From positions 96,001-160,000 of IMG/VR virus record IMGVR_UViG_3300045972_000807: a stretch of DNA of 64,000 nucleotides; one strand, 5' to 3'. The position numbers were made by a program, and so were the translations under genes. Below are positions 8,483-16,810 of the stretch, piece after piece (positions within the stretch are counted from its first letter, which is position 1; each line of letters starts with the position of its first letter). The notes below the pieces were generated by a model. It ran no database searches and had not been told where the DNA came from. It saw only the letters and a list, made by a program, of their open reading frames with translations. The stretch comes from a virus.

Positions 8483-10081
8483 ATGATATACGATGATTGC
8501 AGCGCATCAGTTGAGACAGACAACACGGTACAGGTAACTACGACTGAGGTCGAGCGTGGAGTTAGACTAGATCCAAAAGAGTGGCACAAGAAAAAGGACA
8601 TGCTCCAAGAGCTGTGTGACCTAAACAAAGGTAAACTAAGCAAAGGGCCGTTCACGTTAGTTAAAAGGGAAAAGAACAGTGCCGCTAACAAGATAGTGTT
8701 CTGTTTCTTTACGCGTGACTTTGCGTCTCTTAACGTGGCACTGGTTAGGTATTCGGATGGCTCCTGTTTCCTTTGTACGCGAGGTTCGCCTACTAAAGTC
8801 CTTAGCGGGCAGAACATTGAGAGTGTAAAGGATCACGAAGCCGTTACTGAGACGCGTAAGAATCTAAAGTGTACAGCCTTTGAAGCTATGTCCGTTATAG
8901 GCTTCTACCTAGTGAATGAGTGCTGTGAGTTATCGCTGGGCAGGAGGTTCTTTACGGCGAAAGAGTGCAATAGGCTAGATAACCTGGACATTGGAATCTA
9001 TAGCCTTACGTTTGCCTCAGAGGTCCCTTTCGGAAAGACTATTGAGGAGCGCAACTTCAATCTTAACCTACTAGGCGAGCTTGTTACTAGCACCGTTAAG
9101 ATGCACGGTACGTCTTTCAGCCTATTAGACTACCTGAAGGTTACAGGCAAATCCTGGAACATAATAACTGAGGAGATCGCCGAACAAGTTAACGAGAGCG
9201 GCGAACAGTCGCTAGAGTCTTCTATCATTAGGGGTCCCAATACAGGGGTGTTACTGAAGAAGGTTCGAAGCAATGGTTTGCTGTTGGTTAAGCAGATGTA
9301 TTACCTCAAGGAAGAGCAAGCTGTTGCTATGGGCCCCAGCGGCCTAAAGAACTTGGAAGTAATTAAGGGTATGTCAGCCCAGGCTAGGTCAGAGAAGTCT
9401 TTGAAGATTCGCGTAGACAATACCTTCGGCAAAGAGTACATTCGAGAGTGGTTGGGTGTCCTTAATGCCAAGGACAGTAGCGAAGACATAACGATACGGG
9501 ATGCTAATCCCTTGTGCGATTCTTTAGAGTACCTTACCAGTATGGCCCTCTGTGCTACAAACGATTTAGGGTTAAGGACCCTAATGCTTGGCCCTACGAT
9601 AGCTGACATACGACAGATAGAAGCTAACGAGGACGGGTTCCTTAATTATGCTGAATTGGACATCCTTGGCAGGTGGCTACTTGAACCGACGGGCGTTAAA
9701 GAGGTGGGCAAGAAAGGCTTGAAGCTGGACTGGGTAAACATAACCGCTTCTGATATGGCAGCATGGAGGCTAAATCAAAAGCTAATGATGCGTAACTACC
9801 TTGACCTGCGCCTACCTTTTGGGTTCTATCAGTCGCTTAATGTGGCTAGAGCAGATCACTTTATCCAAGGTAAAGGCAGGCAGGCACTAGACGCTGCCCG
9901 TAACCGAGACACGGGCAAAGGATCTTTCTCAGAAGAACTTGAGATGCACTCAATTGAGAGCATACAGAAAGCCCGAGCCCTCATATCTCGCATACGTGGT
10001 TCGGTTTACCTCCCTGTGCCTAGATCAAAAGAGTCTTTTGTGGCAGAGATAGCCAACCACCCGATCTCTAAAAACCTATAG
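8483..10081 (+). CDS. Divergent phage/plasmid replication initiator, gene II/X (Rep_trans-fold) family
   Basis: RGSPTKVLSGQNI (aa ~100-112) resembles the GSPAK..QGHN motif. FTAKE...IGIYSLTF, KQMYYLKEE (Tyr274) and KIRVDNTF follow in the expected order. Lies behind iterons and hairpins. Confidence 0.65.
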   Translation: MIYDDCSASVETDNTVQVTTTEVERGVRLDPKEWHKKKDMLQELCDLNKGKLSKGPFTLVKREKNSAANKIVFCFFTRDFASLNVALVRYSDGSCFLCTRGSPTKVLSGQNIESVKDHEAVTETRKNLKCTAFEAMSVIGFYLVNECCELSLGRRFFTAKECNRLDNLDIGIYSLTFASEVPFGKTIEERNFNLNLLGELVTSTVKMHGTSFSLLDYLKVTGKSWNIITEEIAEQVNESGEQSLESSIIRGPNTGVLLKKVRSNGLLLVKQMYYLKEEQAVAMGPSGLKNLEVIKGMSAQARSEKSLKIRVDNTFGKEYIREWLGVLNAKDSSEDITIRDANPLCDSLEYLTSMALCATNDLGLRTLMLGPTIADIRQIEANEDGFLNYAELDILGRWLLEPTGVKEVGKKGLKLDWVNITASDMAAWRLNQKLMMRNYLDLRLPFGFYQSLNVARADHFIQGKGRQALDAARNRDTGKGSFSEELEMHSIESIQKARALISRIRGSVYLPVPRSKESFVAEIANHPISKNL

Positions 10082-10097
10082 TCTAAAAGGAAAAATA

Positions 10098-10388
10098 ATG
10101 AACAAAAAACAAGTAATAACGCTTTCAGAAGAGCTATCTGCAGCTATGGACTCTATGGCAAACGTGCTTGCCAAGATAGAGATTGCGGCAGAAAAGAAGG
10201 AGATTTACTCTCCCGATCTTGAATCTCATATAAAAGAGATAATAGACGTTCGCACAAACTTAGCCAAGTACAGGTTGACCGAGCCCAAAGAAGATCAATC
10301 CTTCGAGGGCGAGATGGAAATACTTGTAGGTGAAACTTGGCACACGGATAAGGTTGGTGCGTATCTACAAAAGTTAGAAACAAAATGA
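10098..10388 (+). CDS. Hypothetical protein
   Basis: AAGGA RBS; tightly packed operon. Confidence 0.7.
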   Translation: MNKKQVITLSEELSAAMDSMANVLAKIEIAAEKKEIYSPDLESHIKEIIDVRTNLAKYRLTEPKEDQSFEGEMEILVGETWHTDKVGAYLQKLETK

Positions 10389-10756
10389 TTACTACTCTCA
10401 AAATCAAAAAGGCTTTTGACCTTATAGACGCATACGCCCTAACTGCGGTAGCGTTGAAGGGTCAAGAAAATACAATCTATCATCAGCAGGAGCCTTTAGA
10501 GAAAGCACACGCTGAAGCCCAGGCGAGCATGGAAGCCTACCTGGGTTCGTTTGTTGTTCCCACGGGTCGGCGTAAGAGCGCCTACGTGTGCAACGGCTGC
10601 GGTGGCTTATACTGGGATAACAACATAAATTGCGACTGCAATATCCCCTACATGAATGAGCACAAAATGACCCGGGTTACGGTTGTGGCACAAAAACCTT
10701 TTAATGCTTTTGTGAAAAAGGTTAACCAAGATAAAAAGAAAGCGAAAAAGAAATGA
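10385..10756 (+). CDS. Hypothetical Zn-binding protein
   Basis: YVCNGCGGLY...NCDC; ATGA overlap with neighbours. Confidence 0.7.
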   Translation: MITTLKIKKAFDLIDAYALTAVALKGQENTIYHQQEPLEKAHAEAQASMEAYLGSFVVPTGRRKSAYVCNGCGGLYWDNNINCDCNIPYMNEHKMTRVTVVAQKPFNAFVKKVNQDKKKAKKK

Positions 10757-11286
10757 CTGACTCTGACAAAGAACTGGGTGAATTCCACAAGGTAATCTTC
10801 TTGGACATTGAGGGTGTTATCGTAACCCACAAGAGCATTCTCTACAACCACACCCCTGATAGGCCCTATAGAGGCGCCCGTACGCCAGTGTGGAACTCCT
10901 ACATTGACCAACTCTGCCTTGGTTTGGTCTACAAACTTGCCATGGACTTTGCCGCACAAATCGTGGTGACCAGTACGCTGCGTAACGACAAGTATTGCCA
11001 CACTGGGCTCCTAGCCAGTTCTCCTCCGTGGCTTGGGGACAACGCGGGTGACTACCTTAGTACCCAGGTAACAGAGCACCGAGGTAGCCGCGAAGAAGAG
11101 ATAGCTCTGTTTGTAGAAAAATTCAAGGTAACCCAGTACGTGGTTTTCGATGACCGTGATCTGGAGTGCCCTAATTTTATCCGTGTAGACCAATACGACG
11201 GCCTCTCACTGCACAACTACAACAAAGCCAAGCAGTTTTTGGCCGACGAAGGCGCCGAGATAAAGTACGAAGGTATTTACCTGTGA
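10753..11286 (+). CDS. HAD-superfamily protein (phage RNA-repair-associated HAD-like)
   Basis: VIFLDIEGVI motif I, IVVTSTLR motif II, YVVFDD motif IV. Confidence 0.8.
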   Translation: MTDSDKELGEFHKVIFLDIEGVIVTHKSILYNHTPDRPYRGARTPVWNSYIDQLCLGLVYKLAMDFAAQIVVTSTLRNDKYCHTGLLASSPPWLGDNAGDYLSTQVTEHRGSREEEIALFVEKFKVTQYVVFDDRDLECPNFIRVDQYDGLSLHNYNKAKQFLADEGAEIKYEGIYL

Positions 11287-11522
11287 ATTTTATGCGCCCT
11301 AAAAGTCTAAACAGAATGAATATCTTTAGGGCGGTCCGAGAAGGCACAAAGTCTGGTCTTCTCTTGGACTCACAGTTCGTGAGCGTTTACGTCTGCTGTA
11401 AATGCCAAACTATCTACCGCATGAATAACATAATCTGCGACTGCTACGGCCCGGGTGAAGTAAACCTTCCCGCGCCTAGCAAGCGTTTCAACCAAGCAAC
11501 TTTGGTACTACACAATGAATAA
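11283..11522 (+). CDS. Hypothetical Zn-binding protein, paralog of 10385-10756
   Basis: SVYVCCKCQTIY...NIICDC. Confidence 0.65.
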   Translation: MNFMRPKSLNRMNIFRAVREGTKSGLLLDSQFVSVYVCCKCQTIYRMNNIICDCYGPGEVNLPAPSKRFNQATLVLHNE

Positions 11523-12150
11523 TCCTAAACTGGCTTACGTCATCGACGGTAAGACTGTCTACCTTACAGATAATATTACAGGTTCCGATGTGGGTTTCAT
11601 AGGCCCAAACGGAAGCAGTAACAGCACGTTGACCCTCGGCCTTGTCTCCCGAGATAAGATAGAGCCCTTAGTGCCCCCAAAGGTAATCCCAGAACCACCC
11701 CTTACGCTTGACCAGCAGGTAGCCCGTGCCCAGTCTATTGTAAGGGTTATTATCGAGGCGCAGTACGAGTGGGATAAAATCCAGATTGCCAAAGGCTTTG
11801 CCGAGGCCCGCAACAAGCTGTTACGCATTCCCTTATACCGGGATGCCCTGTGGGAAGCACCTCGTTTTAGGGGTAACCTTAAGAGTCTCTTGGACGAAAT
11901 ACGCTCTCCGGTATCCTCAGCTAGGGGAGCTACGATAAGTGCCGTTGTGGGTGGTACCGGCGGAGGCGGTGGTGGTGCCGCACAAAAGCTACCAATGGGC
12001 CAACTTCCCACAAAGTACATGCGCCGAAGTGCGACACAAGCGGAGAGGCCTGAGCTTACACCTACTCAAGTTTGGGAACTGTCAGTGGACAATCCTAACT
12101 CTTCGGTATCAAAATTCCTCAGAGTGTTCGGTAAACATCATGGCACTTGA
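11515..12150 (+). CDS. Hypothetical protein
   Basis: Operonic ORF overlapping both neighbours by a few bases. Confidence 0.65.
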   Translation: MNNPKLAYVIDGKTVYLTDNITGSDVGFIGPNGSSNSTLTLGLVSRDKIEPLVPPKVIPEPPLTLDQQVARAQSIVRVIIEAQYEWDKIQIAKGFAEARNKLLRIPLYRDALWEAPRFRGNLKSLLDEIRSPVSSARGATISAVVGGTGGGGGGAAQKLPMGQLPTKYMRRSATQAERPELTPTQVWELSVDNPNSSVSKFLRVFGKHHGT

Positions 12151-13831
12151 TCTAGATGACGTAGTACCTCCGGTTAACAAGGCAAAGAAGAAACCGGAGG
12201 GAGTCTCATTTAACTTTGATTTGCCTGCAGCACCAACAGCAGCTTCTATAATCGCAGGTACCAATACGCAAGGTCTGCCCAAGATCATTCAGGCTCTCTA
12301 CTCAGGCACATCTGTAAACCCCTTGCCCAAGAAGCTTACCGAGGATGCTTGGGCTGACCTAATAGACGCCTTTAGTCACCCTAAGGAAAACCTTAGTGTC
12401 ATTCAGAAAGTTCTGAGTGCTAACCTTACCAAGGGTCAAAGAGCCGCGTTTAACTACATGGCTGACTTTGTGCTGGACAGAAGCCCCAACAGGTTCTTTA
12501 GTCTTCAAGGTTACGCGGGTACAGGTAAGAGCTACATCGTACGCAGGTTAGTTATGTTCTGCGACTTGGTAGGCGTTGAATGGCTATTGACTGCCCCGAC
12601 CAATAAAGCCACAAAAGTCCTAACCTCGTCTATTCCTGGGATAGATAAAGGCAAGTGCAAGACGATCTACTCAGCACTCAAGCTGACAATGAGCACGGAC
12701 GAGGATCAACAGGTCCTCGTAGACATGGCTCAGGACAACTACTCCTCTCTGGACATTCGCAGCGGTTCACTGCTGTGTATTGACGAGGCCAGCATGCTTA
12801 ACGGCATGGTAACCCAGAAGGTTAAGCAGTGTGCACAAGACTTGAACCTACGCGTTCTTTTGATTGGTGACCCCGACCAGTTGAGGCCTGTCGGCGAGGC
12901 TAGAAGTTCAGCGTGGGACCTCTCAATTGTCGAGACACGCATCGACAATGCCCAACAGAACCTTGTTAGGCACGTTAAGCTCCTTGAGGTTAAGCGTTTT
13001 GAGAACGAGCTACTAGACTTAAGCGTCCGTATTCGTGCTTGTATCCGGAAAGGCAAACTTCCTCCAGGTGGGCCATCTGACTTGTTCCTGCATGTACCTG
13101 AAGAGGTCGAGGTATTCAAAGACAAAGCCACATTTGAGGCGCACATCCTACAATTGAAGACCCCTGAGGACTTCAAGGACGTTAAGGTAATTGCTTGGCG
13201 AAACCGAACGGTAGAACACTACAACGATATAATCCGTAAGAACATTGGGTTCAACGATGAGTATAACGTGGGTGACCTTCTTATGCTTGCCCAGCCTAAG
13301 CTCCAGAAGGTTAACTACCGAAGGAGCGTAATCATTGCCAACATCGACGAAGAGGTTGTGGTGCAGGTAGTGGCACAAAAGAGCATGAAGCCTCAGTCCA
13401 TGTTCTTCCCCAACCTGCCTATGATCGACTATTGGGAACTGACTACACAGACAACGGACTTTCAAGACAAGCCTACCCAGATAGTTGTCAACATGCCTCT
13501 ATTGGAAGATCATGGCCTTGAAGATGCTTTACAGCAAATGGCTACAGCGGCCAAGCGGGTTAAGCAGCAGAGCTTCAGCGACAAGGCCAACTCAAGGCGC
13601 TTAAGGGAAGAAGCGTCTCAACGGTGGAAAGAGTATTGGTCTCTCCGTGAGGAGTTTACGCTAGTACGGTTCGCCTATGCTTTCACGGCGCACAGGGCGC
13701 AAGGTAGCAGTATCAACAAGGTTTACGTTGACGTTAGAGACATCTTGGCTAACCCTGACCCAGACGAAAAGTTGGAATGCCTTTACGTTGCGGATACCCG
13801 GGCAAGAACCACTATGAGGGTGCTGATATGA
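12140..13831 (+). CDS. dda: SF1B DNA helicase, Dda/RecD-like
   Basis: GYAGTGKS Walker A, TAPTNKA, IDEASM, IGDPDQLRPV, IAWRNRTV, YAFTAHRAQGS, YVADTRA. Start re-assigned to ATG 12140 (MALDLDD). Confidence 0.92.
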   Translation: MALDLDDVVPPVNKAKKKPEGVSFNFDLPAAPTAASIIAGTNTQGLPKIIQALYSGTSVNPLPKKLTEDAWADLIDAFSHPKENLSVIQKVLSANLTKGQRAAFNYMADFVLDRSPNRFFSLQGYAGTGKSYIVRRLVMFCDLVGVEWLLTAPTNKATKVLTSSIPGIDKGKCKTIYSALKLTMSTDEDQQVLVDMAQDNYSSLDIRSGSLLCIDEASMLNGMVTQKVKQCAQDLNLRVLLIGDPDQLRPVGEARSSAWDLSIVETRIDNAQQNLVRHVKLLEVKRFENELLDLSVRIRACIRKGKLPPGGPSDLFLHVPEEVEVFKDKATFEAHILQLKTPEDFKDVKVIAWRNRTVEHYNDIIRKNIGFNDEYNVGDLLMLAQPKLQKVNYRRSVIIANIDEEVVVQVVAQKSMKPQSMFFPNLPMIDYWELTTQTTDFQDKPTQIVVNMPLLEDHGLEDALQQMATAAKRVKQQSFSDKANSRRLREEASQRWKEYWSLREEFTLVRFAYAFTAHRAQGSSINKVYVDVRDILANPDPDEKLECLYVADTRARTTMRVLI

Positions 13832-14103
13832 TGTTCGCAAACCCAATGCAAGCGGCCTATGAAAATATGGGCTGCAAGATCATCGTAACCCAAGATCAAC
13901 CAAAAATGGTTCTGTCGGATGACTGTCCGGTTACACCAGAGTTCAGAGCGGAGATAAACTTATGGATGCTTGGGTTCTTTGGTATGTCTAATCTCATAGA
14001 AGACGGTCAGGCAAAGAAGGTCGGGAATACTCTTATGATGAATCCTCGAACATACCTAGCGTTTAAAGAGTCGGTTAAAGCCAGGCTACCAAAGCATTAC
14101 TAG
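13828..14103 (+). CDS. Hypothetical phage protein
   Basis: ATGA-coupled to helicase; KMVLSDDCPVTPEFRAEINLWM. Confidence 0.7.
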   Translation: MMFANPMQAAYENMGCKIIVTQDQPKMVLSDDCPVTPEFRAEINLWMLGFFGMSNLIEDGQAKKVGNTLMMNPRTYLAFKESVKARLPKHY

Positions 14104-14112
14104 GAAACGGCC

Positions 14113-14340
14113 ATGATGAAACCAAGCATGCTAATGAACATGACCGACTCTGAGCTACTGGTGGAGCTCGACAACATCAAGCACAAGAGTCCAGTGATCT
14201 TTGAACTGTACCTGCGATTAAAGAGTTTTGAGGAACACTTTGACAATGGTGAAGAGGTTGATTTAACTCCTAAACCAAAAAAGATACGGCACACGCAATG
14301 TCCTGTGTGCTTGGCGCATATCGAAATGGAGGAGCAATAA
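14113..14340 (+). CDS. Hypothetical protein with C-terminal CPVC
   Basis: AGGA RBS; operonic. Confidence 0.65.
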   Translation: MMKPSMLMNMTDSELLVELDNIKHKSPVIFELYLRLKSFEEHFDNGEEVDLTPKPKKIRHTQCPVCLAHIEMEEQ

Positions 14341-14341
14341 A

Positions 14342-14485
14342 ATGCTAGTTGAGATACTTTCACATCGGCCTTGGTGGGCTCCCTACGCTGTTATGGTCTC
14401 AGGATTTGTCTACCTGTTCTGCGTCGTACACCTAGTAATTGACTACTGTAAGGACAGAAAGGAACAAGCAGATGGCCAATCCTAA
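14342..14485 (+). CDS. Small membrane protein (47 aa, not in ORF track)
   Basis: GGAG RBS; MLVEILSHRPWWAPYAVMVSGFVYLFCVVHLVIDYCKDRKEQADGQS. Confidence 0.55.
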   Translation: MLVEILSHRPWWAPYAVMVSGFVYLFCVVHLVIDYCKDRKEQADGQS

Positions 14486-14693
14486 ATGGATACACGTTAC
14501 TGAAGATAACCTTCACATCATAGCTAGTAGATGCGACTTCACCTACCCTCACAGTACCGAGGACTCGGCTGGCAAAAAGGATGAAAAGCGGTCTGAAGCT
14601 ATCGGACACCGTGACGGCGACATCGTGATTACTAGCAAGATGGGTTGGCTTGACATGGCTGACTTCCGAGTTATGCTGGATTGGAAAGACTAG
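14472..14693 (+). CDS. Hypothetical protein
   Basis: AAGGA RBS before ATG 14472 (MANPKWIHV). Confidence 0.6.
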   Translation: MANPKWIHVTEDNLHIIASRCDFTYPHSTEDSAGKKDEKRSEAIGHRDGDIVITSKMGWLDMADFRVMLDWKD

Positions 14694-14696
14694 AAC

Positions 14697-14834
14697 ATGC
14701 TTGAATTTATTCTAACTTTACCTGCCTGGGCTTTCGGTGTAAGTATCTCAGTCGTATCCTTTTGGGTTCTCTCAATTGGGATCCTTATCTACAGTGTGCT
14801 AACGGCACCCGATGCGCCCAACGATCAGGAATGA
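14697..14834 (+). CDS. Small membrane protein (45 aa, not in ORF track)
   Basis: MLEFILTLPAWAFGVSISVVSFWVLSIGILIYSVLTAPDAPNDQE; fills the gap in the operon. Confidence 0.55.
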   Translation: MLEFILTLPAWAFGVSISVVSFWVLSIGILIYSVLTAPDAPNDQE

Positions 14835-14840
14835 CCTTGT

Positions 14841-15317
14841 ATGCCTAACTTAGCCAGCCGAATAAAGGGTCCAGTAGACTGGGCATTTGGTTTAGTTCCT
14901 GCTGAAGGATATCCCAGCGACATACTAAAAGACAATACTATCTTTAGGTGCTGTAACTGCTGCGGAGAGATTCAAAAAAAGACAGTTTGGTTCTCCTACA
15001 GTGGAGTCCGTAAAGACTACTCGCACACCTGCAGAAGTTGCTGTAGTTTTATATCTCTGCTTAGCCACGAGATGGCTAAAGACGAGGAGGTTAGACCAAA
15101 GCGAATCCGAGGGCCCAACAAACTCAAACCTGCTGAAACCTTATGGGAAGCATGGAACACCACTTGGTGCCTATACAAGAAAAGAAAACTTAAAGAGGAC
15201 AACCTAACATGGCTGAAAACACAGAGCAGAAAAAAGAACCTGTCGATGCAGCAGAACGCTACGCCAAGCTTGCCGCAGACAATCGGTACCTCACCTTCCT
15301 GCTCAAATGCTACGTAG
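14841..15317 (+). CDS. Hypothetical zinc-finger protein
   Basis: CCNCC...CRSCC; the 3' end overlaps the next ORF by 109 nt. Confidence 0.5.
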   Translation: MPNLASRIKGPVDWAFGLVPAEGYPSDILKDNTIFRCCNCCGEIQKKTVWFSYSGVRKDYSHTCRSCCSFISLLSHEMAKDEEVRPKRIRGPNKLKPAETLWEAWNTTWCLYKKRKLKEDNLTWLKTQSRKKNLSMQQNATPSLPQTIGTSPSCSNAT

Positions 15318-15508
15318 AGCATCATACGGGCGAAATAAAACTTAACAACGATCTTTTGGGGAGCTTAACGATTAATGCTAAGCACATGGTTGATCTAGGC
15401 AAACCAAAAAGCCCTGAATGCCGCCATCAAAAGACTAAGTGGAATATTCAGTTTACATCGGGTACATGCCAAGACTGCGGTAAACATCTTGAAGCCTCTG
15501 ATTACTAG
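15209..15508 (+). CDS. Hypothetical protein with C-terminal CxH...CxxC
   Basis: GAGGA RBS; ECRH...TCQDCG. Confidence 0.7.
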   Translation: MAENTEQKKEPVDAAERYAKLAADNRYLTFLLKCYVEHHTGEIKLNNDLLGSLTINAKHMVDLGKPKSPECRHQKTKWNIQFTSGTCQDCGKHLEASDY

Positions 15509-15571
15509 GGCCTAACCGTAGATAGCAAACAATTTGAATGTTGCTATTCACCCACCAACCTTAGGAATTTT

Positions 15572-15940
15572 ATGACACAGCAAGGCATTAAGCTAGGAAA
15601 CAAGTCCATTGAGACTTACGCCAGTAAGCACGGCGCGGTAGACCAAAATGGCAAGGTTGTGTTTCCCAGCTGGGAAAACCTACGTTCGCTTTACAAAAAT
15701 CTGGTAACAGACATCGTTAACGATTTCGTCGCTATGTCTGACCAGCAAGACGAGGCAGCCGATCCCAGTGTCGTAACTGACATCGAACCCAAGCCTTCTA
15801 CGCCTAGCGACCAATACTACGGCCCTGCAATGGACGCAGCTATCGGTATCCTTCACTCGCAGGGATACGAATACCAGATGACCGAAAATGGTCTGGCTTG
15901 GGTTGTTACGACGCCCAAAGAAAACACCTTGGTGCAATAG
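15572..15940 (+). CDS. Hypothetical protein
   Basis: AGGA RBS. Confidence 0.7.
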   Translation: MTQQGIKLGNKSIETYASKHGAVDQNGKVVFPSWENLRSLYKNLVTDIVNDFVAMSDQQDEAADPSVVTDIEPKPSTPSDQYYGPAMDAAIGILHSQGYEYQMTENGLAWVVTTPKENTLVQ

Positions 15941-16158
15941 TGCTTACTGAGCAAGACTCAGATGACTTAGAGGAACCTCGCATAGATTGGCAAGGCGCTC
16001 TAGGTCCAACGTTGATATTCAGCAAAGGTCGTAGGCAAGTGCTTAGTCGAGCAGAACAGTTACATATAAAGCTGGGACTAATCGACATTGGGACGCTCGA
16101 GGCAAAGTACCGCATGTCTTTATTTGAGCGCGCTAAACTTTTTAATAAGGGTAGTTAA
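15940..16158 (+). CDS. Hypothetical protein
   Basis: Likely GTG start overlapping the upstream TAG. Confidence 0.55.
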   Translation: MLTEQDSDDLEEPRIDWQGALGPTLIFSKGRRQVLSRAEQLHIKLGLIDIGTLEAKYRMSLFERAKLFNKGS

Positions 16159-16164
16159 CCTATT

Positions 16165-16350
16165 ATGACTGAAGATTTCCGTAATAGCAAGAAATTTGTT
16201 AAATGGGAAGAGTTGCAGGAAGAATACGCCAAGCGACAGGAAAGCAAAGAAGCCTTAAGGAAAAAAGCTATTACCTACATATCGGCGGTATTAGTTTCTA
16301 CCCTTGTCGCCTTGACCGCAGTTCTTATCTACAACTACACCCTACACTAA
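16165..16350 (+). CDS. Small protein with C-terminal transmembrane helix
   Basis: AITYISAVLVSTLVALTAVLIY. Confidence 0.65.
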   Translation: MTEDFRNSKKFVKWEELQEEYAKRQESKEALRKKAITYISAVLVSTLVALTAVLIYNYTLH

Positions 16351-16368
16351 CACAACATAGGAACATAA

Positions 16369-16809
16369 ATGTTAGAAGCAGTACAAACTACCGAAGAAGA
16401 CTTTGGTAACTCGCTTACCTTCCTTAACGCAACAGGCGACGTTACCATTACCTGGGACGCAGAGAACGACGAGAAGATTAAAGCACTTGTCCGAGACAAG
16501 ATGGCTAAGGGATACGTCTTCTTTACTCTCCGCAAGGTTGTTATCGAAGCCGTAAAGGTAAAGCGCAAGATCGGCGAAAAAGGCGTAGACACGATTACTA
16601 GCCTGGTAATCGAAGACGCCGAGTTTGATAAGCTGGTAAAGGACATGGACGACCGTGACCTTGCTACGCTTATGAAAGACCGTACGGCCCAGTTAGCCAA
16701 GCGTACAGGCAAGTCAAAAGAGTTCACCTCGATTGGCCGTGCCAAAGACGCCGACGAGGTTGTTAAGGGTAAGCAGGCACTAGCCGTAAGGCCAGTCGTC
16801 GGGGGCTAG
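16369..16809 (+). CDS. Hypothetical protein ending in di-glycine (candidate ubiquitin-like modifier)
   Basis: C-terminus ALAVRPVVGG*; N-terminal LTFLNATGDVTITWD...KGYVFF. Confidence 0.75.
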   Translation: MLEAVQTTEEDFGNSLTFLNATGDVTITWDAENDEKIKALVRDKMAKGYVFFTLRKVVIEAVKVKRKIGEKGVDTITSLVIEDAEFDKLVKDMDDRDLATLMKDRTAQLAKRTGKSKEFTSIGRAKDADEVVKGKQALAVRPVVGG

Positions 16810-16810
16810 T

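Noticed and set aside
11939-12139. N-terminal 67 aa of the helicase as given in the ORF track
   Set aside because: Overlaps the upstream gene by ~200 nt; ATG 12140 gives a normal short overlap
15209-15317. 109-nt overlap of two plus-strand ORFs as deliberate dual coding
   Set aside because: The overlapping tail of 14841-15317 has no motif and is more simply a run-on after stop loss; cannot be supported without relatives
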